This document shows positions 34,898 through 44,700 of a stretch of DNA of 64,000 nucleotides, in pieces; the first letter of the stretch is position 1; each line of letters starts with the position of its first letter. Below the pieces are notes generated by a model. It did no database searches, had not been told where the DNA came from, and worked only from the letters and a program-made list of their open reading frames with translations. Both the position numbers and the translations under genes were made by a program. Origin of the DNA: a virus (Duplodnaviria; Caudoviricetes); the IMG/VR virus record IMGVR_UViG_3300029288_000144, positions 1-64,000 of that record. One strand, 5' to 3'.

Positions 34898-35892
34898 TCC
34901 TCAAATGCCTTAATTATATCGCCAACAATTTTAGCTCTCTGAATGTCACTTTCCGTCATCTTAACAAAACCAATTTCTTGAATATCTTTTAAGTAATTTA
35001 TAGCACATTCTAATCCCGACATTTGGTCTTTCTGTATTTTCATGTCCGATTGGCTCAAATCCCCCGTTATTATTATCTTAGAAGTTCCTATCCTCGTTAA
35101 GAAACTAAGAATTTCGTGCTTTGTGGTATTTTGAGATTCATCGAGAATGATTATCGAATTGTTGAATGTAGCTCCACGAATAAGCGCCAAACTTTCAAAA
35201 CAAATACGATTAGTTTTTACCAGATTCTCATATTCTTTTTCGCCTATATAATCCAAAAACAATTGAACAATCGCATTTGAATATGGTCCGGTTTTTTCTC
35301 CAATATCTCCAGGAAGATAACCAAGTGAGTTCTTTCCATTACCATCAACGGTTGTCATTGGTCTTACGACAACAATCTTATCGTATCGATTATATTCAAG
35401 AAGTTTTAGAGCCATAGCTATCGCCATCGCGGTCTTTCCTGTTCCCGCACAACCATGGAGAATTGTTATTTGCTTGTGTTGAATTGTTTTCAAAATTAGC
35501 TCTTGATTTTTTGTTCTCGGACTAATTTCTTTTCCATCATAAGTTGTATAAAATGAACGAAATTTAGTTTCAGAATAAGGTTTTGGCAACATGTCTGATA
35601 TAATATTGTCAATATCTTCATCTGTAATAATATATTCGCTATCAAACCAATCAAAAATTCTTTCAAGAACATAAGCAGCACTACGACAATGACCAACTTC
35701 TCCAGAAATATTAAAAACATTTCCTTTCAAATCAATATCAACACCAAATGATTTTTTTATCTTTATTAAATCAGATGGACATATTTCTTTTACCAATTGA
35801 ACATCTGCAACGAATTTAACAATCTTTTCATCCTGTTCGTCTTGAGTTGTTTGGGTTTTGATTTTCCCACGCTTAACAGTAGCCTTGGTCAT
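34894..35892 (-). CDS. phoH: PhoH-family ATPase with N-terminal extension
   Basis: GCAGTGKT, VRP, LGYLPGD, IRGATF, ILDESQN, TRIG, GDLSQSD. Confidence 0.92.
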   Translation of the reverse strand: MTKATVKRGKIKTQTTQDEQDEKIVKFVADVQLVKEICPSDLIKIKKSFGVDIDLKGNVFNISGEVGHCRSAAYVLERIFDWFDSEYIITDEDIDNIISDMLPKPYSETKFRSFYTTYDGKEISPRTKNQELILKTIQHKQITILHGCAGTGKTAMAIAMALKLLEYNRYDKIVVVRPMTTVDGNGKNSLGYLPGDIGEKTGPYSNAIVQLFLDYIGEKEYENLVKTNRICFESLALIRGATFNNSIIILDESQNTTKHEILSFLTRIGTSKIIITGDLSQSDMKIQKDQMSGLECAINYLKDIQEIGFVKMTESDIQRAKIVGDIIKAFEE

Positions 35893-35982
35893 AATTCTCC
35901 TTTTTGGCTGAAATAATAAACAAAAAAGAAACTGGCAAATTAACCAATTTCCTTTTTTGTGTTTTCAATATCATAGTCTCTC

Positions 35983-36147
35983 TTAAAAAAAATCTTGTTG
36001 AAAATCTTCAGGGTCGTCAAGGAATGTGTATTTTGGAACGTCTTCTTGATAATCATCTATTGACCGCCATGGCGAAACTTTGTCAAATGGCGAGTCAAAC
36101 CCATTCTCATCTTCTTGTGAGAATGTTTGAAAATACATGTCATCCAT
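35983..36147 (-). CDS. highly acidic 54 aa micro-protein
   Basis: manual translation MDDMYFQTFSQEDENGFDSPFDKVSPWRSIDDYQEDVPKYTFLDDPEDFQQDFF; GAGGAAGGG RBS; terminator hairpin downstream. Confidence 0.6.
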   Translation of the reverse strand: MDDMYFQTFSQEDENGFDSPFDKVSPWRSIDDYQEDVPKYTFLDDPEDFQQDFF

Positions 36148-36202
36148 GTGTCCCTTCCTCTATTCTACGTTGTTTTATTATAATTTTAACACTCATTTTC
36201 TA

Positions 36203-36739
36203 TTATTTAGCAATCATCACAAATGTTATTGCTGCGATTAAACACGTAACAATTCCCCCGAATATTCCGTGTTTCAATCCTTGTTTGTATTTTTTATCAC
36301 TCTCTGTTAAAGATTTAATAACAACCGAATCGGCTTTTTCTACGATTCGTCCCAATTGTTCATTACAAGAATCTCTATCTTCTGTCATTATTTGTAACGA
36401 AGCTGAATCTCTTTCGTAGCTAAATTTATATTCCAAACATTTCTTAAGTTGTTCGGTTGAATCTGATGAGTCTGTTTTTGGTATTTCGTTATCAAACAAT
36501 TTGACAACCTGACTATCTGTTAATTGTTTTAGATTAGTTATACGTCTAGTTGAATTTTTTTTAATAGTATCTATCTTCTTGTCGGTTTCCCTTGTTTGAA
36601 TGATTCTGGTTGAATGTATTCTGTGAATTTCTTTCCTCAACTCAACTATTTTCTCAGTTGGTTTAGTATTGAAGAAAAAAATAAAAATCAAAGAGCAAAT
36701 AAAAAGAACATATCCGAAAATTCCATATTTTAACGGCAT
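36203..36739 (-). CDS. membrane-anchored coiled-coil protein (TM at both ends), possibly lysis-related
   Basis: N- and C-terminal hydrophobic helices, coiled middle with two Cys. Confidence 0.65.
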   Translation of the reverse strand: MPLKYGIFGYVLFICSLIFIFFFNTKPTEKIVELRKEIHRIHSTRIIQTRETDKKIDTIKKNSTRRITNLKQLTDSQVVKLFDNEIPKTDSSDSTEQLKKCLEYKFSYERDSASLQIMTEDRDSCNEQLGRIVEKADSVVIKSLTESDKKYKQGLKHGIFGGIVTCLIAAITFVMIAK

Positions 36740-37263
36740 TCTGTAATAAACTCCACCGAATAGTCTTCAATCTTAAAAGAGACATCAAATGTTATTTCGT
36801 TAGCGGAACCAAACTCTAATGAAATATTACTCAGATTTGTAATAAAGCAATTTGTGAATATGTATTTAATCTTTTCTCTTTTCTCATTGTCTAGAAAAAT
36901 AACTTTAATATCATTTACAAAGTTCAATCTAAAAAACTTTTTATTATCTGTATTCTTTTGGTTTCTTAAGTCTCGCATCCAATTGTATAGATAGTAATAA
37001 TTCAACATATCTTCAGACATTTTGAAAGTGATAGTCAAATCAACCAAGTCTTGATTGATTCTTGAAATAGGATGATTGATATGATAATTTACAAAATCAG
37101 ATTCAATATAAGAAACATCAAGACTTGGAAAATTTACACTTTTAATATACAATTCATACAGGTCAAAGTTTAGAAAATTATTAAGATTGTTAGGCGTAAA
37201 TCCTGGGATGTTACTAAAAATAACTCTAAATTTGTCTGAAAATTGTGTATTAGGTAATGCCAT
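36730..37263 (-). CDS. gp3: tail completion / tube terminator (T4 gp3-like)
   Basis: SVNFPSL, LTITFKMSEDMLNYYYLYNWM, FTNCFITNLS pattern. Confidence 0.7.
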   Translation of the reverse strand: MALPNTQFSDKFRVIFSNIPGFTPNNLNNFLNFDLYELYIKSVNFPSLDVSYIESDFVNYHINHPISRINQDLVDLTITFKMSEDMLNYYYLYNWMRDLRNQKNTDNKKFFRLNFVNDIKVIFLDNEKREKIKYIFTNCFITNLSNISLEFGSANEITFDVSFKIEDYSVEFITECR

Positions 37264-37754
37264 TATTCCTCAACAGCCTCAGTATCATCTATTAGTTTCA
37301 TAAAAACATAAAAATCTTCGGGAGCTAGTTTTTCAGGAAGATATTTGAATTTTGTTTTAGTGATATTCACATCAATCTGTTCCGAAACAAAACCTTTGTA
37401 TTCCGAAACCATTTGTTCATGTTTCTTGATGTCTTCCGAGAATACTTGTTTTAGTTTTTCAATATCACCTTCAAGAATAAGTCTATTCTCGTCCGAAAGC
37501 TTATATCTGTTGGCTTCAATGATTGGAGAACCATCTACATTTTTTTCAGCCAACTGTTCCAGAAGCGATAGTCTGGCTTTTTCAAAATTAACCAAAATTG
37601 AATTTAATTCCATTTCTTTTTGAAGAACATCATCAAAAATCTTTTTTAATTCTTCCTTGGTTTTTGCCAACGCGAACAAAAGAAATTTATTGAGTTCACA
37701 AGATGTAATCCCCGTTAGTTTGTTATACAGTTCTATTGCTTCAATGCGTGTCAT
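37263..37754 (-). CDS. helical protein following tail fibre (DUF1617-like, possible chaperone)
   Basis: R..LLEQLAEKNVDGSPI...Y pattern; position after fibre gene. Confidence 0.6.
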   Translation of the reverse strand: MTRIEAIELYNKLTGITSCELNKFLLFALAKTKEELKKIFDDVLQKEMELNSILVNFEKARLSLLEQLAEKNVDGSPIIEANRYKLSDENRLILEGDIEKLKQVFSEDIKKHEQMVSEYKGFVSEQIDVNITKTKFKYLPEKLAPEDFYVFMKLIDDTEAVEE

Positions 37755-37764
37755 GGTTGCCTTT

Positions 37765-38214
37765 CTATTTAATTATTAACATCAACGTATCAATCTCTTC
37801 TGAACTTAGATTGTTAAATACGTCATCAGGTAGCTCATCTATATTTATAAACCTACTAGGCGAATAATTTGTTTTTAGATATTCTTTTAATTTCATATAA
37901 TTGACAAATTCGGGCGCGGTGTTCATCTTATCCAAAGTTTCAACAATAATAGGAGCATCCGACGGATTTACATTCACTCCAAGAATATCAATACCTTTTT
38001 CAGAACTATCGAATTGTTTAACATAGTTTAGTTTTTCGCGTTCTAACGTTATTAGTTCATCGGTATAATAGGTTTTCTTTAATTTTTCTACAACTTCCAA
38101 TTCTGTTTCTAATTCCACGGTAATCTCCAAAAGTTTTCGACGTGATTTTGGAGAAGACGGTAACCTAATCTTTTTTAATATATCTATGGTAGTTTGTATA
38201 TCGCTCAGTTTCAT
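37765..38214 (-). CDS. helical protein, paralog-like to 37263-37754
   Basis: LKKIRLPSSPKSRRKLL; similar length and organisation. Confidence 0.55.
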   Translation of the reverse strand: MKLSDIQTTIDILKKIRLPSSPKSRRKLLEITVELETELEVVEKLKKTYYTDELITLEREKLNYVKQFDSSEKGIDILGVNVNPSDAPIIVETLDKMNTAPEFVNYMKLKEYLKTNYSPSRFINIDELPDDVFNNLSSEEIDTLMLIIK

Positions 38215-38215
38215 A

Positions 38216-41200
38216 TTAGTATCTAAGCACACTTAATGAATCGTCCGATGAAACATTTGTGGTATACGGACCAATACCAAAAGACCTTCCTATAATTCCA
38301 TTAAAACATGAGAATTCTTTTCCTCGGCCAGTAACAGTCTCTCCATAGTTACTGGCCGAAATTGTTGAATTTAGTCTATCGACAAATTTTATTTTTGAAT
38401 CGGTTTCTCCCGAACCAACTCTACCCTGAGCCAAGATGTTAAATTGATTATTTGTTATTGTTGAAGTAAATGTTTGTTCATCATATCCAGGATAATTGCC
38501 GTGAATTGTATCATCAGAAGGGGTTGGTTCATCATTTGAAGTTGTATATATATCTATTTTGTTTATATCGTTAAACAAATAATAATCTGCCGACATTTGT
38601 CTACACAGCCCTTCTATTGTATATGATGGCGTTCTACTAACAGCTATCATACGATATCCATTTGCTATGTAAGTGTTAACATTTGCGTAATCTGCTGCAT
38701 CGCCGTATAAAAATTTCATAGTTATTGGATTAAACATGACAAACTGAATTAGTTTAGTTATAATTGTTTTTACCGTTGTGTTTGTTTCTACCGTTTTTAT
38801 TGAACCATCTCTTGAAGAACTTGCCTTAAAAGACACAGAATCAATTTTGCCGGAATACGAATCGCATCTGGCTCTGAATATTTTTATAACTATATACGAA
38901 TCGTTTGTATTGGACCCGTTGTTATCATAACGAACTCGGTGTATGAAAAGGGAATACTTGTAACGCTCGATGTTTCCGGTATATCCTTCAAGTTCAATTT
39001 CGTCGGCTTTTAGTGAAATTTTTGTTCTTGTGTTGTTTGTTGAGCAAGCTTTGGCATCCAATACAATGTTTTTAGCCACTAACGAAGCACTTGTTAACCA
39101 ACATGACCCAATTTGAACCGTCTCAGATGAATTTACAGAAGCGCCATAACCGATAGCTACTGAATTTGTAGCATTCGTAATACTTGTTGAATTTCCAATG
39201 CTATAAGAATTTACCGAATTAAAAATACTATTGTTATTTCCAAAAGCTACAACATAGGTGCCAACAATTGTGTTATTATTTCCAAAAATTGAAGAATTAA
39301 CACTTGAATTAACACCATTTCGATTTCCAAAAACATTTGTTTGATTTGAACTTATGATATTGTTATCTGAACCGCAGACTTTCGTTTCTGGTGCCGCGCT
39401 TATTGTATTGTTTATTCCTGTAACAAATGAATATGTTGATGTGGTTGTGACATTATTATAAATTCCTTTTATATAAGACGATTCTGAACTGTTGATATTG
39501 TTGAAGAAGCCAATAGCAGTTGAGAAATTTGACGAAATAATTGAATTATTTCCACCAACAACACTCGAGGAAGCTGAACCGGTTTGAACAGTGTTTTTAT
39601 TTCCAAGTATTGTAGACCCCTGGGAATATGTAATGTTGTTTATACCTGCTATAAATGACTGAATCGCTCCAGAGTAAACTGTCGTCCCTTGACCAAAAAC
39701 AAATGACCCCATACCATCATTATATGTTTTTGTATACTGCCCAATATTATCCCAGGACGAACTTACAGGTATTTGCTGCTCAGATGAACCATCCCATATC
39801 TTTTTTACATACCCCGGAAAATATATTGTTGTTGAACCAACTCCACCACCATAAAGATAAGGCGATCCAAATGTGAACGAACCATGAGCATTTACATCCG
39901 CTTGGGCATATCCACCAAACACATATGACAAAATCGCATTAGCCGATGTGTGCTGACCATGCGATTGTGACAAAATACCATCGGCAAGTGTGCTTAATCC
40001 TGTAGCAATTGTTAAAATTCCAAGCGCGGAAGTGCTCATTCCAAACGAATTATTGCCAGTTCCGTATGAAATTGTGTTTATATTAAATGCGGTGTTGCCA
40101 TTTCCTTTTGCCAGGGTTTGAATGTTCGTAGCAAAATTACCGCCTGTAATAAGTAATCCAGCAAACCAATTCTGAAGGGAAGATGGGCTATATCCTCCTG
40201 GAAACAACCCGCTATCAACATCCGAAATAGCTGAAGTTTTAAAACCATAAGCTAGATTCATACCTTCCGATGGAGAACCATAATAGGTGGTGTCCATCCC
40301 TTCTGAAGATGCTACTGATTGATAGCCACCAGCCAATGAGCCAAATCCAATAGCCGAAGTCCTATATCCAAAGGTTGTTGAAATTAAACCCTGGGCTAAT
40401 GTTTCAACACCCGTTGCTAAAGTGTACCCTCCGCGTTCTGTCGTATATAACTCATATATGCTTGGATTCGTGTCTCCGTAATTTGACGAACCGCTGTTGG
40501 CGTATCCTGTAGCAGAACAATAACAACCCATAGCAATTGATTTTATTCCCGTAGCAACGCAATTATAACCAAGTTGTAAAATAGCATCATCAGGGCAGCT
40601 CGTATCGATATCAAAAACCGCCATATCCGCCCAATCCGGATAATTATCATATGGCTTAAATCTGGTTGTCTTAATATTTGTGAATCGCATATCATCATAT
40701 GCTAACCGAACTTGGTCTTTTTCCGGGTCTGTTATTGTGAGTTTTGCTCTCGGAACCCACGAACCCGGAGAAGCTGATGAAGAAATAACAACATCTCCAT
40801 CATAATTCAAAGCATACGCAGATGTTGTGTTTGATGTTGGAATTCTTGTGAAATAATCGGTATTTATATAAACTGGCGACGCCGCTGAAGATGCGAGAGA
40901 AAACTGTAATTCAATATTAGCTTCAAACGCATTTAAACTTCCAGCCGTATCTGATTTAATTTGGGGGGTGTCAAAAACAACAACAGCAAACAAAGTTGGA
41001 TTGTATGGAGAACCAACAACACCAGGGTCCGCATAACCATACTGATTTACTCTAGTAGCATAAATAGCAAGCATATTAAACTTGAACGATCCGGTTCCCG
41101 CTGGTATGCGACATTTATAGTTCCCAGAAGCAACTCCCGATGTTGATTGATTAGGCGAATACGAAGTTACTCTAAAAAGATTCTGATAATTCCAGTTAGT

Positions 41201-41698
41201 AGAAGATGCCGACAATGGATTCCAAGTGTTTACAGATGCTCCATTTAATGTTGTGTATGTCCCAACTGCCGAAAGTTGCCCAGCCGCAACATTAACAAAA
41301 CGTGTTGCTGATGTTTGTGTCTGAAGGACTCGGTTGTTTAAAACGTTTACAACACTATCACCATTTCTCTGACGGGTTCCTGTGAATAGTGGTCCGGTTC
41401 CCGAAGTTCCCCGCGAATACATTGTGTTGAAATTTTTGATATCATAAGACCCCTGACCAAAAAGTTCTGGGTTATTATAAATTATTTCATACGCTGATAA
41501 AGAAGTGTGGGTTGCTGTTGAATAATTAAGTGAACTTATACTCAAAGCCGAAGTATCACAAATAGTTTTATCTACTCTGAAATCGTAAATAGGTAGAAAA
41601 TAAGTCAAAGCGAAATAAGGACCTAATGCTCCTGCGGATGTTACAGAAGATAGACCAGCCGAGCAAATATAAGTTACACCATTTAGACTTGACATCAA
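38216..41698 (-). CDS. tail fibre with YadA-head-like beta-roll repeats, 1160 aa
   Basis: repeats of the type ATG..T.A.G..S.AFG and NSVAIGYGASV; N-terminal attachment-type domain; TAAATA upstream. Confidence 0.75.
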   Translation of the reverse strand: MMSSLNGVTYICSAGLSSVTSAGALGPYFALTYFLPIYDFRVDKTICDTSALSISSLNYSTATHTSLSAYEIIYNNPELFGQGSYDIKNFNTMYSRGTSGTGPLFTGTRQRNGDSVVNVLNNRVLQTQTSATRFVNVAAGQLSAVGTYTTLNGASVNTWNPLSASSTNWNYQNLFRVTSYSPNQSTSGVASGNYKCRIPAGTGSFKFNMLAIYATRVNQYGYADPGVVGSPYNPTLFAVVVFDTPQIKSDTAGSLNAFEANIELQFSLASSAASPVYINTDYFTRIPTSNTTSAYALNYDGDVVISSSASPGSWVPRAKLTITDPEKDQVRLAYDDMRFTNIKTTRFKPYDNYPDWADMAVFDIDTSCPDDAILQLGYNCVATGIKSIAMGCYCSATGYANSGSSNYGDTNPSIYELYTTERGGYTLATGVETLAQGLISTTFGYRTSAIGFGSLAGGYQSVASSEGMDTTYYGSPSEGMNLAYGFKTSAISDVDSGLFPGGYSPSSLQNWFAGLLITGGNFATNIQTLAKGNGNTAFNINTISYGTGNNSFGMSTSALGILTIATGLSTLADGILSQSHGQHTSANAILSYVFGGYAQADVNAHGSFTFGSPYLYGGGVGSTTIYFPGYVKKIWDGSSEQQIPVSSSWDNIGQYTKTYNDGMGSFVFGQGTTVYSGAIQSFIAGINNITYSQGSTILGNKNTVQTGSASSSVVGGNNSIISSNFSTAIGFFNNINSSESSYIKGIYNNVTTTSTYSFVTGINNTISAAPETKVCGSDNNIISSNQTNVFGNRNGVNSSVNSSIFGNNNTIVGTYVVAFGNNNSIFNSVNSYSIGNSTSITNATNSVAIGYGASVNSSETVQIGSCWLTSASLVAKNIVLDAKACSTNNTRTKISLKADEIELEGYTGNIERYKYSLFIHRVRYDNNGSNTNDSYIVIKIFRARCDSYSGKIDSVSFKASSSRDGSIKTVETNTTVKTIITKLIQFVMFNPITMKFLYGDAADYANVNTYIANGYRMIAVSRTPSYTIEGLCRQMSADYYLFNDINKIDIYTTSNDEPTPSDDTIHGNYPGYDEQTFTSTITNNQFNILAQGRVGSGETDSKIKFVDRLNSTISASNYGETVTGRGKEFSCFNGIIGRSFGIGPYTTNVSSDDSLSVLRY

Positions 41699-41723
41699 TG
41701 CCTCATTTATGTTACAAAACTAT

Positions 41724-44700
41724 TTATGAAATTGTTTTGTTTATAAACAGATTACCTTCAAGTTGATATCTGCCCGAAACATAAATTTCCGGGGATTCTG
41801 TTTTGAACTGTCCAACTAATCCTTCAAAAACAACATTAGCTGGACGAATTGCCTCAAAACTCTTATAGACAGATGTCAACATTTGCTCGCTTCCATAAAT
41901 GTTTTCGAGTGACGTGTTGTTTATATCAATAGACACATACATGTGAGGTGTCGGGAATCTATCATTTGTCATTTCTGGAGATACGTATGTTCCGGGAGGA
42001 ATATTGTTTATAACCCAATCAGAAACATAATCATTCGTATACACTTCTAATAAATCTCCAAAAATTCCAAAAGACAAAAGTAGAGTTTTAATAGCATTTC
42101 TTGTTGTTTTTATTGAATACCAGTTTGGTAAATTCCTAACAACAAATCTCAGGGCTTTCTTTTGATATTCAATAAAAACCTCATTGTTATCTGGACCATC
42201 GTTATAAGCCGAACTATTTGGACTTGATATGAAACCTCCGAGTTCGCTCTTATTAACATCTACATTGTAACCCAGATAATTAGCAAAAAATTGAATATAA
42301 TCTAATTCCATGGTATCTGGGTCATGTAGATTTCTAAGCCGATTTGTTTTTTCAAGAACCCCCAGAGAACATGGTTGGTCGAGATTTTGATACAGTGTGT
42401 TTAGATATCCTTCAAAAAACGAGGTTAGAGTTATATATTCAGATTCTTGTCCATTGTTATCAAAAGCGAGATGATTTGGAACATAATTGGTTAGATTTAT
42501 TTTCCTACCATCACAAGCAAAAACACAATTGTTCATTGTAAAAGTTGCAGAATTTGATAACTGATTCATAGCCGAAATTGTTACATTTCCCGAAGCCGAA
42601 ATTTCAACAGCAACATCATATATTTTGTTAGAATTTACCGAAACTAACGAAGAAATGTTTCCACCAACAACGCCAATAGTTGCTGATAATATTCCATACG
42701 CCATATCACTTATGCGGAAATTAGAAGTTATTGTTTTTCCATACTCTTCAACTAATGATTCGGGGACAGAGTTTATGTGTATTATGGTTGGATAAGAAAT
42801 TAAACCAACGGTTGTTACAATTATTGTTATTGGTTCAGAATAAGAATATGCTCCAAGATTATCAGTTGTTTTTGATATTAACGTATGACTTCCTGGCGTT
42901 AATAACGACGCAGGAATTGTTAACGTTCCATTTGTAGTGGTTCCAACATAAATCAACTGGCCATTAACAATTTCATAAACCTCTGTTGAAACTATGGTTG
43001 CTGAATTCGGTGTTGTTCCTGTAGCACTAATTGTTATGTTAGCCGAAACAGAATATGAAGAAGTTGTTGTTGAAATTGTAGATATCGTTTCTTCTATCAT
43101 ATTAACATTTACTATTGGAGATAACGCGGTTAATCCCGTAGTATCGTAAATTTTAGCAACAAGTGACGACACATTCGAATTATTTGTTATTCTCCAAACA
43201 TTATTACTTATTTCTGAGGAATTGCCAATTAAAGTGACACCATCGTATACTTCAACTGCCGAAATCTGTCCAAACGAACTTGGCGAGACTAATGTATCAA
43301 TATTAAAAGGAGTTCCTGACATAATATAAGAATTATTAACAGGGTTCGTTATAAATGCGACCGGATAACTTATAACAGTAGATGATACTTTTGTGGAATA
43401 CGAATAACATCCATTTGTCGTTGTTGTTTTAGCGTAGAATTCTATTATTCCCGGAACAGTTACCAACGCAGAATTGCCATTAACTAATTGGTTATTCATA
43501 TAATATTGTATTTCTGATATGTTTGTATTAGATGAACTTACCGAAAAATCCACATACGACATCAATGGATAATATAATCCTGATGTCGGACTAGTCAATA
43601 CCGAAGTAGTTGCTTCTTGAATAGGATGCGTGTTTTTGTTTTTCATATCAACACCAAAAAGCGTTGAGCTTGTATAAAGTGTAAAAGCCGAAGTTCCAAC
43701 AACTGGGTAATAATCAAAATCAAACGTAACAAAATCATTATTACTCAAAGCACTTATTTCCGAAATAGTATACACCGGTGTTTCAAAGTTATCGTAAACA
43801 ACAGCTGAAGTTATAGTTTCTGTTGAGAACAAATAGGGATTCCCGGATGTTCCGTATGATGAAATAAATTGCGCTTTTGCTACAATCCCCGAAATGTGTA
43901 GTTTATCTCCTGCACAATTAGACGACTCAATAGTTCCAATATTTGACAAGAAGGCGGTCCTTATCAAAGTTATGTATTCTGAATATACCTCACATCCGCC
44001 GTTTGTAATGACTTTAGATTTAATATTGTAAATTTTATCTTTAATTATACTAAACGAAATTGTGTTTGTTGATGAATACAAAACTTCAATAGAATCATCG
44101 GTTTCAATTATAAACTGTGTCTCTTTAACATCAAAAACATCCATTGACGACGAAATAGTTATATTTGTTGCTGATACGGGAACAATATATATACCTGATA
44201 CATTGTGTGAATAATTTGTTGGAAAAATTACATTCTTCACATCACCCGTTGTTAAAGATGATATTGGATAATTATAAATAAAATTTCCATATTCATTCAC
44301 GCAAATAAAGTTAAGATTTGTAGTCCCATCAATAGGATTTGACCAGAGATAATTAAAAGCATACGAATCATTTGTTTGACTTAGAGACAAGTCGGTCACA
44401 TACGTATTATCTGCATATAATTTAGCTATAAATGTATTGTCAATATATGGATTGCTACCAGAAACTCCATCGAAGAATAAAGACCCATTTATTCTTATAG
44501 TGCTACCACAATTAGAAAAGTTTGAAAGTTCAACAGTTGGCCCAAGAACATAGAATGCTAAGATTTCGTAATCCAAGCACCCACCTATTGTTCTGGTTTC
44601 TATTAAAATATATTTAAGCGTTCCGGTATATTCTGTTGGTATATACGCCGAATTATTTGGAACGGATGCCGAAATTAAAGACAATTTGTTTCCATATTCA

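Noticed and set aside
35904-36419. 171 aa plus-strand ORF and similar long antisense ORFs (e.g. 2205-2756, 31554-32000, 55260-55781)
   Set aside because: They overlap better-supported opposite-strand genes, have no RBS and show shadow-type composition.
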